DNA of 64,000 bases from Rhodocyclaceae bacterium (GCA_035255045.1 DATFAA010000034.1:26435-90434), one strand, 5' to 3'. Positions 9,582 through 19,883 are shown, counted from the first letter of the stretch. A program made the numbers and translations. The notes: generated by a model from the sequence alone, not told the origin.

Positions 9582-9890
9582 ATGCGAAACACCCTGTTGG
9601 CCATTGGGGCCGCCCTCCTCGCCGCCCCTGCCATGGCCGCCGTCGTGCCCCAGCACCATCAGGTCACCCGGATCCAGGGTGGCGCCAACTTCTCGGCCAG
9701 CCACAAGGACGCCAGCGCCCGGGGAAGCGGGGTACGCAACGAGGTCCGCAACAGCACCGGGGTCATCCGGGCCGGCACCCAGATCCAGGGCAACACCACC
9801 ATCACCGCCAGCCAGAGCGGCGCCACCGCCGTGGCTTCGGGCCAGGGCAATGTCGCTGCCAATGAAGCCGGAGTGATCGGCGGGCGATAA
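9582..9890 (+). CDS. small secreted Gly/Gln/Asn/Ala/Ser-rich protein, unknown function
   Basis: GGAGA Shine-Dalgarno sequence, Sec signal MRNTLLAIGAALLAAPAMA, strong GC3 bias. The stop overlaps the hslR start (TAATG). Confidence 0.55.
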   Translation: MRNTLLAIGAALLAAPAMAAVVPQHHQVTRIQGGANFSASHKDASARGSGVRNEVRNSTGVIRAGTQIQGNTTITASQSGATAVASGQGNVAANEAGVIGGR

Positions 9891-10288
9891 TGGGGGCTTT
9901 CGTCCCTGGAGCAAGTGCAGTGCGTCTCGACAAATGGCTTTGGGCCGCCCGCTTCTACAAGACCCGCAGCATCGCCACCGAGGCGGTGGACGGCGGCAAG
10001 GTGAAGGTCAATGGAGCCGCCGCCAAGCCGGCCAAGGAAGTCAAACCCGGAGACCGCCTCCAGGTCCGGGCCGGGGAGCAGGACTGGGAAATCGTCATCA
10101 AGGGCCTCAACGAGCAGCGCCGGCCGGCCCCCGAGGCCCAGCTGCTCTACGAGGAAACCCCGGAGAGCCGGGAGCAGCGCGCCCAGGCGGCGGAGCTGCG
10201 GCGCCTCGCCCCAACCACGGACGGCGACCACAAGGGCCGCCCGACCAAGCGGGATCGCCGGCAGCTCAGCCGTTTCCGCGGCAGCTAG
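9890..10288 (+). CDS. hslR: ribosome-associated heat-shock protein Hsp15 (S4 RNA-binding domain)
   Basis: VRLDKWLWAARFYKTRSIATEAVDGGKVKVNG...EQRRPAPEAQLLYEET matches E. coli HslR almost motif for motif, from memory. Confidence 0.9.
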   Translation: MGAFVPGASAVRLDKWLWAARFYKTRSIATEAVDGGKVKVNGAAAKPAKEVKPGDRLQVRAGEQDWEIVIKGLNEQRRPAPEAQLLYEETPESREQRAQAAELRRLAPTTDGDHKGRPTKRDRRQLSRFRGS

Positions 10289-10387
10289 GCGGACTCCGCC
10301 CGGCCTCCCATCCACTCCGTTTCCCCGGCCATATGGAGCTTTTGCTGCATTGACCGGGGCGGCAGCGGGTTCGACCATCCGGGCAAG

Positions 10388-12340
10388 ATGCCTCGCCCCT
10401 CGCCCCGCCTCCGCAGCTATCTGCAGTTCGGTGCCATAGTTCTGGTGGCGGCCGCGCTGCCGGTCGTGGTCTATGTCCTGCTGGCCTATGGCCTGGCGGA
10501 CGAGACCCCCTACGAGACCGGCGAGGCCGCCGGCGGGCTGCTCCTGGTCGGGCTGCTGGCGGCCCTGGCCGTCGGCCTGCCTCTCGCCTTCCTGGTGCGC
10601 CGCCTGCAGCTCGCCCTGGGACGGCTGGCCGAGGCGGCCGGGGCAGGCAAGGCGGCGGTCGCGGCCGATACCCTGCGCCTGGCGGCCAGCGCCATGGAGA
10701 ACACCAGCGAAGGGATGATGGTGGTAGACGAGAGCGACATCATCCTGGCCGTCAATCGGGCCTTCACCGAGATCACCGGCTACGGCGCCGACGAGGCGCT
10801 GGGTCGCAGCCCCAGGCTGCTGCGCTCCGACCGCCACGACGAGGCCTTCTTCCGCTCCCTGTGGGAAACCCTGCAATCCACCGGCCGCTGGCAGGGGGAG
10901 ATCTGGAATCGGCGCAAGAACGGCGAGATCTATCCCGAGTGGCTGACCATCAACCGGATTCCCGCCGGCGACGGCATCGGGACCTGCTACGTGGGGCTGT
11001 TCACCGACATCAGCGAGCAGCGGGAGAAGGAGGAGCGCACCCGCCACCTGGCCTTCCATGACGCCCTCACCGGGCTCCCCAACCGCTCCCTGCTGTTCGA
11101 CCGGCTCCAGCACGCCATGCTCAAGGCCGAGCGGGAAAAGCGGCGGCTGGCGGTGATGTTCGTCGATGTGGACGGCTTCAAGGGCATCAACGACACCCTG
11201 GGCCACGAGGTCGGCGACCTCCTGCTCCAGGAGGTGGCCAAGCGGCTCAGCACCTGTCTACGGGGTACCGACACGGTGGCCCGCATCGGCGGCGACGAAT
11301 TCGTCGTCCTCCTGGAGGATCTGGCGGAGCCGGAACACGCTGCCGGCGTCGCCGCCAATCTCATCGACGTCATTTCCCTGCCCCAGGAAATCGCCGGCCA
11401 TGCGCTCCAGGTGGGCGTCTCCGTCGGCATCGCCCTCTACCCCGAGGACGGCGGCCGGGCCGTCGAGCTGATGAAGGCTGCCGACACCGCCATGTACGCG
11501 GCCAAGGAGGAGGGCAAGGGGGTCTTCCGCTTCTTCCACGCTGCCATGACCGAACGGGCCGCCCGCCGCCTCGAACTGGAAAACGATCTGCGCCGGGCCG
11601 TCCGGGAAGGCGAGCTGGAACTCCATTACCAGCCCCTGGTGCGCCTGGACACCCGGCTGCCCGGCGGGGTCGAGGCCCTGGTGCGCTGGCGCCATCCCGA
11701 GCGGGGCCTCTTGGCCCCCGGCGATTTCATCCTCCTGGCCGAGGAAACCGGCATCGTGGCCGGCATCGACGACTGGGTCCTGACCCAGGCCTGCCGGCAG
11801 CTGGCGGAGTGGCGCCGGCGGGGCATCGACACCAGCATCGCCGTCAACCTCTCGGCCCGGCGGCTGCAGCAGGGCGACCTGCCCGGGCGCATCGCCGCCC
11901 TCGCCGAGGAGCACGGCATCGCTCCCGGCGGCCTCCAGGTCGAGGTGGCGGAAACCCTGCTCATGTCCGACCCGGAAAAGTACGGCAAAGTCCTGGGCGG
12001 GTTGCGGGAGATCGGCGTCGCCGTGGCGGTGGATAATTTCGGCACCGGCCGTTCCGGCCTCGCCCATCTGCGCCGGCTGGCCGTCGACACCCTCAAGATC
12101 GACCGTTCCCTGGTGGCCGCCATCGCCAGCGAGCCGGCGGCCCAGATCGTCCGCGCCACCGTGGCCATCGCCCAGATCCTGGGCTTCGAGCTGGTGGCCG
12201 AGGGAGTCGAGACCCGGGAACAGGCCCAAGCCCTGTGGAAGACGGGCTGCCCCGTGGCCCAGGGCTTTCTCTTCGCCCGTCCCGAGGCGGCCGATATCAC
12301 CGAGCTGTGGCTGGCGACCCGGGCCCTGTCCCAGGGCTGA
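10388..12340 (+). CDS. membrane-anchored PAS-GGDEF-EAL c-di-GMP turnover protein
   Basis: Two N-terminal TM segments and a PAS domain (ITGYGADEALGRSPRLL). The GGDEF domain has an RGTD I-site and RIGGDEF. The EAL domain reads VEALVRWRHPERG. Confidence 0.9.
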   Translation: MPRPSPRLRSYLQFGAIVLVAAALPVVVYVLLAYGLADETPYETGEAAGGLLLVGLLAALAVGLPLAFLVRRLQLALGRLAEAAGAGKAAVAADTLRLAASAMENTSEGMMVVDESDIILAVNRAFTEITGYGADEALGRSPRLLRSDRHDEAFFRSLWETLQSTGRWQGEIWNRRKNGEIYPEWLTINRIPAGDGIGTCYVGLFTDISEQREKEERTRHLAFHDALTGLPNRSLLFDRLQHAMLKAEREKRRLAVMFVDVDGFKGINDTLGHEVGDLLLQEVAKRLSTCLRGTDTVARIGGDEFVVLLEDLAEPEHAAGVAANLIDVISLPQEIAGHALQVGVSVGIALYPEDGGRAVELMKAADTAMYAAKEEGKGVFRFFHAAMTERAARRLELENDLRRAVREGELELHYQPLVRLDTRLPGGVEALVRWRHPERGLLAPGDFILLAEETGIVAGIDDWVLTQACRQLAEWRRRGIDTSIAVNLSARRLQQGDLPGRIAALAEEHGIAPGGLQVEVAETLLMSDPEKYGKVLGGLREIGVAVAVDNFGTGRSGLAHLRRLAVDTLKIDRSLVAAIASEPAAQIVRATVAIAQILGFELVAEGVETREQAQALWKTGCPVAQGFLFARPEAADITELWLATRALSQG

Positions 12341-12418
12341 GGCGGCGCCGCAGGAGCGGAGCGACTTGATAGGGCGGGGCCTGCCGGCCTAATATCCACT
12401 TTCCCGGAAAGGAGAAAA

Positions 12419-12514
12419 ATGCATTTCCGCCGCTACGGACGGCACGTTCCGCCCCTCGATCCCGCAACCAGCCAGGCAGCCGGCGCCGCCAGCACCGGCT
12501 GCGCCCGGGGATGA
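12419..12514 (+). CDS. possible 31-aa upstream/leader ORF ahead of the hemerythrin gene
   Basis: A very strong Shine-Dalgarno sequence (AAAGGAGAAAAATG). The product is MHFRRYGRHVPPLDPATSQAAGAASTGCARG and stops 4 nt before the hemerythrin ATG. No homology recognised. Confidence 0.2.
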   Translation: MHFRRYGRHVPPLDPATSQAAGAASTGCARG

Positions 12515-12518
12515 CGCC

Positions 12519-12908
12519 ATGACCGAAGCGGTCCGGGACGCAGATCGGCTGGCCCTCGGCGTGGCGGAATTGGATGCTGCCCAGGCGCGCTTCCTGGAGC
12601 AGGCCGCGGCCCTGGCCCGGGCCGGCGACACCGACTTCCCGGCCCTCTTCGACGCCCTGGTGGAGGACACCCGCCGCCGCTTCGACCGCGAGGGCGAGCT
12701 GATGCGGGCCAGCGCCTATCCCGCCTGGGAAGAGCACGAATACGAGCACCGCCGCATCCTTGAGGAAATGGGCCACCTTACCCGGCGGGTGGCCGCCGGC
12801 CGGATCGCCATGGCCCAGGCCTACGTCGAGGGGCTGCCCATCTGGTTCGCCAACCACCGGGCGATCGTGGACGCCGCCCTGGCGGCCTGGCTCAAGGCTC
12901 GCCCCTAA
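12519..12908 (+). CDS. hemerythrin-like (HHE cation-binding) protein
   Basis: 129 aa predicted four-helix protein with His/Glu metal-ligand patterns (FDREGELM, EEHEYEHRRILEE, ANHRAIVD) typical of bacteriohemerythrins. Confidence 0.7.
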   Translation: MTEAVRDADRLALGVAELDAAQARFLEQAAALARAGDTDFPALFDALVEDTRRRFDREGELMRASAYPAWEEHEYEHRRILEEMGHLTRRVAAGRIAMAQAYVEGLPIWFANHRAIVDAALAAWLKARP

Positions 12909-15900
12909 CCTCTTTCCCCACCCGCGTCCGCCATTTCCCGCCGCATGAAGGCGGTGCACTCCGCCGCCGGCAGCGGGCGGCTGAAGTGGTAACCCTGGGC
13001 GAAGTCGCACTCCAGGCCGCGCAGGAAATCGAGCTGGGCGGTGGTCTCCACCCCTTCGGCCACCACCGCCAGGCCCAGGCTGTGGGCGAGGGAGATGGTG
13101 GCGGCGCTGATGGTGGCGTCGTTGCTGTCGTGCTCGATGTCCATGACGAAGGAGCGGTCCAGCTTCAGGCGGTCCAGGGGCAGCCGCTTCAGGTAGGCCA
13201 GGGACGAATAGCCGGTGCCGAAGTCGTCGATGGCGAGCTCGATGCCCTCGGCCCGCAGGGCGTTGAGGAAGGCGATGGTGCACTCCGGATGCTGCATGGC
13301 GACGCTCTCGGTGATCTCGAGCTCCAGGCTCCTGCCGTCCAGCCCGTGGCGGGCCAGCTGGGAGATGATGAATTCCTGCAGGGAGGCGTCCCGCAGCTGG
13401 TGGGCGGACAGGTTCACCGCCATGCGCTCCAGGGCGATGCCATCCCGGCGCCAAGCCGCCAGCTGGGCCAGGGCTTCCCCGATGACCCAGCGGCCCAGGG
13501 GCAGGATGAGGCCGGTGTCTTCGGCCACCGGCACGAATTTCATGGGCGGGACCAGGCCCTTGTCCGGGTGCCGCCAGCGCACCAGGGCCTCGACGCCGAC
13601 GACGCGGCCGCTGGCCACATCCACCTGGGGCTGGTAATGGAGCTGGAACTCCCCCCGCTCCAGGGCGCGCCGCAGCCCACCTTCCAGGGCCAGCCGCTCG
13701 GCGGTGGCCTCGTTCATGGCGGCGGCGAAGAACTGGTAGTTGTTCCGCCCCATGGCCTTGGCGTGGTACATGGCCGTGTCGGCATTCTTCATCAGTTCCT
13801 CGACGCTTTCCCCGTCCTTGGGATAGAGGCTGATGCCGATGCTGGGAGTGGAGTGCAGTGCCTGGTCCGCCACCCGGTAGGGCTCTCCCAGGCGGTGCAG
13901 CAGCTTGTCAGCCAGCACCGGGACGGCGGCGTCATCCACCTGGCTCAGCACCACCACGAACTCGTCGCCTCCCAGGCGGGCGACGATGTCGCTCTCCCGG
14001 ACCGATTCCCGCAGGCGCTGGGCTACTTCCACCAGCAGGAAGTCGCCGACGTGGTGGCCCAGGGTATCGTTGATGTCCTTGAAGCGGTCCATGTCGATGA
14101 ACATCACCGCCGCCTGCCGGGCCTCCCGGTGGGCCATGGCCAGGGCCTGGTCGAGGCGGCCGTGGAGATGGAAGCGGTTGGGCAGCTGGGTGAGGGCGTC
14201 GTGGTGGGCCAGGTAGTGGATGCGCTCCTCGGCCGCCTTGCGCTCGGTGATGTCGGTGAAGCTGCCGATGTGGTGGGTGACGCGGCCTTCCTCATCCCGC
14301 ACCACGGAAATGGTGAGCCACTTGGGATAGACATGGCCGTCCTTGTGGCGGTCCCAGACCTCGCCCTGCCAGCTGCCCTTGCGCTTGATCGATTCCCACA
14401 TGTTCCGGTATTCCGCCGGGCAGCTGCGGCCGGAGGCGAGAATCCTGGGGTTCTGGCCGATGACCTCTTCCGGGGTATAGCCGGTGACGGTGGTGAAGGC
14501 GTGGTTGACTTCGACGATGCGGTTCTCGTGATCCGTCACCATCAGGCACTCGCCGCTGTGGTCGAAGACGCTGGCCAGCAGCCGGATGCGGTTCTCCGCC
14601 TGCTGGTATCCGGAAATGTCCTCGACCACGGAGAGGGCCTGCGGCTCGCCGTCCGGGGAGCTGATCAGGGAGCCGGACAGGCGCACCGCCACCCGGCTGC
14701 CGTCCTTGCGGATGAACTGCTTCCGGTACGGGCCGTAACGCCCGGTGCTCCCGACGGCCTCCAGCTGCCCGCTGTCGTCCTCGGCGTGGCTGGCGGGGGT
14801 GATGTCCTGGTAGGTGAGGCGGGCCAGCTCCGCCGCCGTGTAGCCGGTGATGGCGCAAAAGGCCGGGTTGGCCGCGACGAAGCGGCCATCGGACAAACGG
14901 TTCACGATATGCCCGACCGGCGCTTCGTCGAACAGGGAACGGAAGCGCTGCTCGTTTTCCTTCAGGGCCTGGTTGGACGCGTCCGCCAGCTGGAGCTGGC
15001 GGCGGTGGCGGAAGTGCATGCGGGTCAGGATGGCCATGAAGAGCAGGGGCAGGATGGCGAAGTAGGCGGTTCCCCTGACCCATTCCCGGTTGATGTCGTT
15101 GCCTCCCAGGCCCACCATCAGCACCAGGGGCCACTCGTCCAGGCGGCGGAAGGCCGACAGGCGGTCGCTGCCGTCCACCACCGAGCGGTGGCGCAGCACG
15201 CCTTCGCTCGAGCGGCTGAGGCCGTCCCGGAAGAGGGCGCCGTGGGCCACCGAGTTGCCCACCTGGCCCTCCACGTAGGGCACCCGGGCCATGACGATGC
15301 CGTCGCTGCGCATGACGGCGATCTGGGTCCGGCGGTCGGGGTCGACCGAAATATAGAGGCGGCCGAAGTAGTCGGGGTCGATGGTCGCCACCACGACCCC
15401 CAGGATGGCGCCACCGGGGGACCGGATGGGCAGGCTGAAGGGCATCAGCCATTCCGGTTCCTGACTGCCCGCCAGACGGGGTTTGATCGGGCTGCCCACA
15501 TACATTCCGCCGGACGTGCGGTCGGCCATCCAGTTGCGGAAGTAATCACGGTCTCCGACATCCACGGGGGCCAGTAACGGGCGGCGGGTCGAGGCCACCA
15601 GCTTTCCCTTGGCGTTGACTACCGAGACCGTGCGCAGGTACGGAAGCTTGGGCATCTCCTGGGCGAGCAGGGCGCGCAGGGCGGCCTGGTCGGCGAAACT
15701 GGGCTCCTCCCGGCGGCCGATATGGATCGCCAAGTGGCTCAAGGCCAGCTGGGTCTCGGACACCGTCTTGGAAAGGTGCTCGTCCGCCAGCCGCACCATT
15801 CCCTGGAGGTACTCCTCCGACCGGCGCCACTGGGCGTAGTAGTCGTAAGCCGAATAGCCGATCAGGCAGATCAGGCCGATGGCGATGGTGAACCAGTGCC

Positions 15901-15970
15901 GGATGGACAGCTGGCGCCGCAAGCGGGCATAGCCGTGTCCCGCGTTTTCCTGCTTGTGTATCTGTGTCAT
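12905..15970 (-). CDS. Cache-PAS-PAS-GGDEF-EAL sensory c-di-GMP protein
   Basis: Start MTQIHKQENAG. A TM segment, a periplasmic Cache-like domain and a second TM segment are followed by two PAS domains. GGDEF has an RESD I-site and RLGGDEF. EAL reads VEALVRWRHPDKG. Confidence 0.9.
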   Translation of the reverse strand: MTQIHKQENAGHGYARLRRQLSIRHWFTIAIGLICLIGYSAYDYYAQWRRSEEYLQGMVRLADEHLSKTVSETQLALSHLAIHIGRREEPSFADQAALRALLAQEMPKLPYLRTVSVVNAKGKLVASTRRPLLAPVDVGDRDYFRNWMADRTSGGMYVGSPIKPRLAGSQEPEWLMPFSLPIRSPGGAILGVVVATIDPDYFGRLYISVDPDRRTQIAVMRSDGIVMARVPYVEGQVGNSVAHGALFRDGLSRSSEGVLRHRSVVDGSDRLSAFRRLDEWPLVLMVGLGGNDINREWVRGTAYFAILPLLFMAILTRMHFRHRRQLQLADASNQALKENEQRFRSLFDEAPVGHIVNRLSDGRFVAANPAFCAITGYTAAELARLTYQDITPASHAEDDSGQLEAVGSTGRYGPYRKQFIRKDGSRVAVRLSGSLISSPDGEPQALSVVEDISGYQQAENRIRLLASVFDHSGECLMVTDHENRIVEVNHAFTTVTGYTPEEVIGQNPRILASGRSCPAEYRNMWESIKRKGSWQGEVWDRHKDGHVYPKWLTISVVRDEEGRVTHHIGSFTDITERKAAEERIHYLAHHDALTQLPNRFHLHGRLDQALAMAHREARQAAVMFIDMDRFKDINDTLGHHVGDFLLVEVAQRLRESVRESDIVARLGGDEFVVVLSQVDDAAVPVLADKLLHRLGEPYRVADQALHSTPSIGISLYPKDGESVEELMKNADTAMYHAKAMGRNNYQFFAAAMNEATAERLALEGGLRRALERGEFQLHYQPQVDVASGRVVGVEALVRWRHPDKGLVPPMKFVPVAEDTGLILPLGRWVIGEALAQLAAWRRDGIALERMAVNLSAHQLRDASLQEFIISQLARHGLDGRSLELEITESVAMQHPECTIAFLNALRAEGIELAIDDFGTGYSSLAYLKRLPLDRLKLDRSFVMDIEHDSNDATISAATISLAHSLGLAVVAEGVETTAQLDFLRGLECDFAQGYHFSRPLPAAECTAFMRREMADAGGERG

Positions 15971-16078
15971 GAAACCCCGTGCCGGCGACCACAAAACCGG
16001 TCGGCGGCGGCCGGACTGTAAGGCCTGTCGGGAAATTTGTCGACGCGCGGGGGCCCCGGGAGGGCCGCTGCTCCTATG

Positions 16079-16804
16079 TCAGCGGCCTGTATCGGCCAGG
16101 GGCGGGGCGAGTTTCCGGCCCGGATCGGGGACGTGGATGGGGGCCTCGACCACGTTCGGATAGCGGTTCGATCCCTCGTCGACGCTGCCGGCGGCATTGA
16201 TGGTGACCCGGACGATGTAGTCCCCCTCGGGAATGCCGGTGATGTCGATCCACTGGCCGTCCAGCTGCCGGTCGTAGAGGTCGCCCCAGCCCGAGGTGAT
16301 GCCCTGGTTGGAGCACAGGTAGCCGTTGCTGGCGGTGCCGCTGTAGGCCAGGGAGTCCCGGAAGCAGAATCCCAGCTTGTGGCCGGCCACCGCCACGCTC
16401 CGGTCGTCGGCCCGCAGCAGCTCGTAGGCGGAGAAGTCGTTGATGTGGAAATGGCCGTGGCAGGGGGCGTACTCCAGCAGTTGGGCGTAGAGGTTGTTGG
16501 GGTCCGACAGGCGGCCGATCACCAGGTCGCCGTCGCCGGCGTTCATGACCACCGTGTCGAACTGCAGGAGGCGGCGGGTGCCGGCCGCCCCCACCACGCC
16601 TTCCCGCAGGGCGCAGCTTTCCCGGCCGAAATCCCGGTCCACGATGCCGAGGGTGGATTTGAAGCGTTCCGGGTCCACCGCCAGGTCCGGCTTGCCGTCG
16701 TTGCCGTAGATGGGAAAGACGGCGGCCACCGAGGCTCGTTCGCCCACCCCCTGGCAGGCCGCCAGAGCAAGCGGCAAAAGGCAGGCGAGAATGGGCTTGT
16801 GCAT
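16079..16804 (-). CDS. lysyl-oxidase-family copper amine oxidase-like lipoprotein
   Basis: GGAGGG Shine-Dalgarno sequence, start MHKPILACLLPLALAACQG (lipobox). PCHGHFHINDFSAYELL compares with human LOX SCHQHYHSMDEFSHYDLL. HKLGFCFRD and GDLYDRQLDGQWIDITGIPEGDYIVRV compare with HKASFCLED and [26 protein letters not shown]. Human sequences are from memory. Confidence 0.8.
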   Translation of the reverse strand: MHKPILACLLPLALAACQGVGERASVAAVFPIYGNDGKPDLAVDPERFKSTLGIVDRDFGRESCALREGVVGAAGTRRLLQFDTVVMNAGDGDLVIGRLSDPNNLYAQLLEYAPCHGHFHINDFSAYELLRADDRSVAVAGHKLGFCFRDSLAYSGTASNGYLCSNQGITSGWGDLYDRQLDGQWIDITGIPEGDYIVRVTINAAGSVDEGSNRYPNVVEAPIHVPDPGRKLAPPLADTGR

Positions 16805-16979
16805 GGCGTTTCCCTCCACGGCGCGATGAATCAGCATAGTTCCCGGCCGGGGCCGCAGACATCGGCTGCGGTCCCCAGACACGCGGCGGAAAAGGGGGTA
16901 ATGCCTTGGGGGGGAAACGCCCGGCAGGAGCCGGGCCTGCCGGCGCCGGCTACCTACCCGTTGCGGGGGGAGCGGGGCT

Positions 16980-17360
16980 TCAGTGGTGGGCGGTGGCGCC
17001 CTTGCCGGAACTGCGGGCCGTTGTCCGGCCGCTCCCCGCCATGCGGCGGCACTCCTCGGCGCAGCGCCGGCAAGCGGCGGCACATTCCTGGCAGTGGTCG
17101 TGCTTGTGCTTGGCGCACTCCTCGCCGCACAGGTCGCAGAGATGGGCGCAGGTGTCGCAGACCGCATTGGCGGCTTCGCTGCCCCGGGCCATACAGGCGG
17201 CGGCCAGCCGGCAAATGTCGGCGCAGTCCATGTCGAGGGCGATGCAGCGGGCCATCGCCTGGACATCGGGCTCGGCCAGGCAGGCCGTGGCGCAATGGTC
17301 GCAGGCGGTGGCGCAGGCCTGGCAGGCGTCGATGCAGGATTGGAATTGCTGATGGGCCAT
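16980..17360 (-). CDS. Cys-rich four-helix-bundle copper-binding protein (DUF326 / Csp3-YhjQ family)
   Basis: GGAGGA Shine-Dalgarno sequence, start MAHQQFQSCIDACQACATACDHCATAC. I count 20 Cys in 126 aa, in CxxxC/CxxC heptad-like spacing. No signal peptide. Confidence 0.8.
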   Translation of the reverse strand: MAHQQFQSCIDACQACATACDHCATACLAEPDVQAMARCIALDMDCADICRLAAACMARGSEAANAVCDTCAHLCDLCGEECAKHKHDHCQECAAACRRCAEECRRMAGSGRTTARSSGKGATAHH

Positions 17361-17462
17361 GATTTCCTCCGATTCGGCAGGCGGGCACCCGGGATTGGGC
17401 GCCCGCAGGTCCGGATCGGGAAGCAAGATGGCCTCCCGGGACGGCCGCGGCGGGCCGCTCCC

Positions 17463-17837
17463 TCACTTCTTGGTGATGGTGGCCTCTTCGATCAGCAGGG
17501 GGTAGGAGTAGCCCATGCCGAAGTCCCGGTTGACCACCACCACGCCGGTGACGGAAACCTGATCGCCGACGGCGGCGGTCTGCTGGCTGGTGACCACCAG
17601 GTTATTGCTGCCTTCGGCGCCGGTGCCGTCCTGCACATGGACGAAGTTACGCCGCATGATGCCGTTGTTCACCTTCACCACCTTGCCTTCGGCCCGGATG
17701 GTCTGGCCCGCCAGGGCGGCCTTGTTGTTGTTCAGTTCCGCGACGCTCTTCAGTTCGGCGTCGGCGGCCAGGGCGCCGAAGCAGGCGAGCCCCAGGGTGC
17801 CGACGAGTCCGGCGAAGGCGATGGATCGAATGTTCAT
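17463..17837 (-). CDS. small secreted protein, OB-fold-like, unknown function
   Basis: Sec signal MNIRSIAFAGLVGTLGLACFGALAADA. The beta-rich mature part contains GQTIRAEGKVVKV...GDQVSVTGVVVV. Good GC3 bias. Confidence 0.6.
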   Translation of the reverse strand: MNIRSIAFAGLVGTLGLACFGALAADAELKSVAELNNNKAALAGQTIRAEGKVVKVNNGIMRRNFVHVQDGTGAEGSNNLVVTSQQTAAVGDQVSVTGVVVVNRDFGMGYSYPLLIEEATITKK

Positions 17838-17915
17838 GAATACTCCTGTGAATGGTTGTGTGCCAGCCCGCCGGGAGTATATCGTCAGGGCGTTTCGGGC
17901 GCTGCTGCAGCTATA

Positions 17916-19255
<1,340 letters not shown>

Positions 19256-19380
19256 ACGGTAGCAGGACGGGGGATACACCCCACTAGTACTACCCCACTT
19301 GTCCGATTAACCGCCGGAGTGGCGCGTGCTATACAGCTCATGGACATCTAATCCCCGTATTTCGGGAGAAAGGAACGAAC

Positions 19381-19701
19381 ATGACGACGACACTGCCGGC
19401 CATGGATGGCGAGGGCTATCTCATCGAACCGAAGGAATGGGACGAGGACGTGGCCCGCGCCCTGGCCGCCCGGGAGAACATCGAGCTGGAGGACGATCAT
19501 TGGGAAGTCCTCCGTTTCATGCGGGCCTACTACGAGGAGCACCAGATCGCGCCGGACGCCCGCCACGCCATCAAGCACCTGCAGGCCCGGGTCGGTCCCG
19601 AGGCCCGCAACCGCATGTTCGAGCTCTTTCCCTACGGCTACGTCGCCCAGGCCTGCAAGATCGCCGGCATGAAGCGGCCGCGGGCCTGGAGCACGGGCTG
19701 A
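19381..19701 (+). CDS. TusE/DsrC/DsvC-family sulfur-relay-like protein lacking the penultimate Cys
   Basis: DGEGYLIEPKEWDEDVA...HWEVLRFMRAYYEEHQIAPDARH...LFPYGYVAQACKIAGMKRPRAWSTG shows the family fold motifs throughout. The C-terminal arm ends without Cys. Confidence 0.85.
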   Translation: MTTTLPAMDGEGYLIEPKEWDEDVARALAARENIELEDDHWEVLRFMRAYYEEHQIAPDARHAIKHLQARVGPEARNRMFELFPYGYVAQACKIAGMKRPRAWSTG

Positions 19702-19883
19702 CCTGATCCCGGCCGTGGCGGACTTGCCTGTACTCCCGCGCTTGTGCAGGCAAGGCGCCATGCCGGCTTTTTCCTCCGCCCCCTGCCGGAAACCACCCCT
19801 GCAACATGCGCATGACGCCCCATGGGCTTGGCGCTGGCGATGCATTCCAATTAGGGCCTGCATTATCCAAGCGGGGAGGCGCC

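Noticed and set aside
19723-19772. Terminator after the DsrC-like gene (CTTGCCTG-N16-CAGGCAAG ... TTTTT)
   Set aside because: The 16-nt loop is large, and the T-run lies 13 nt from the stem. This is not a convincing intrinsic terminator.
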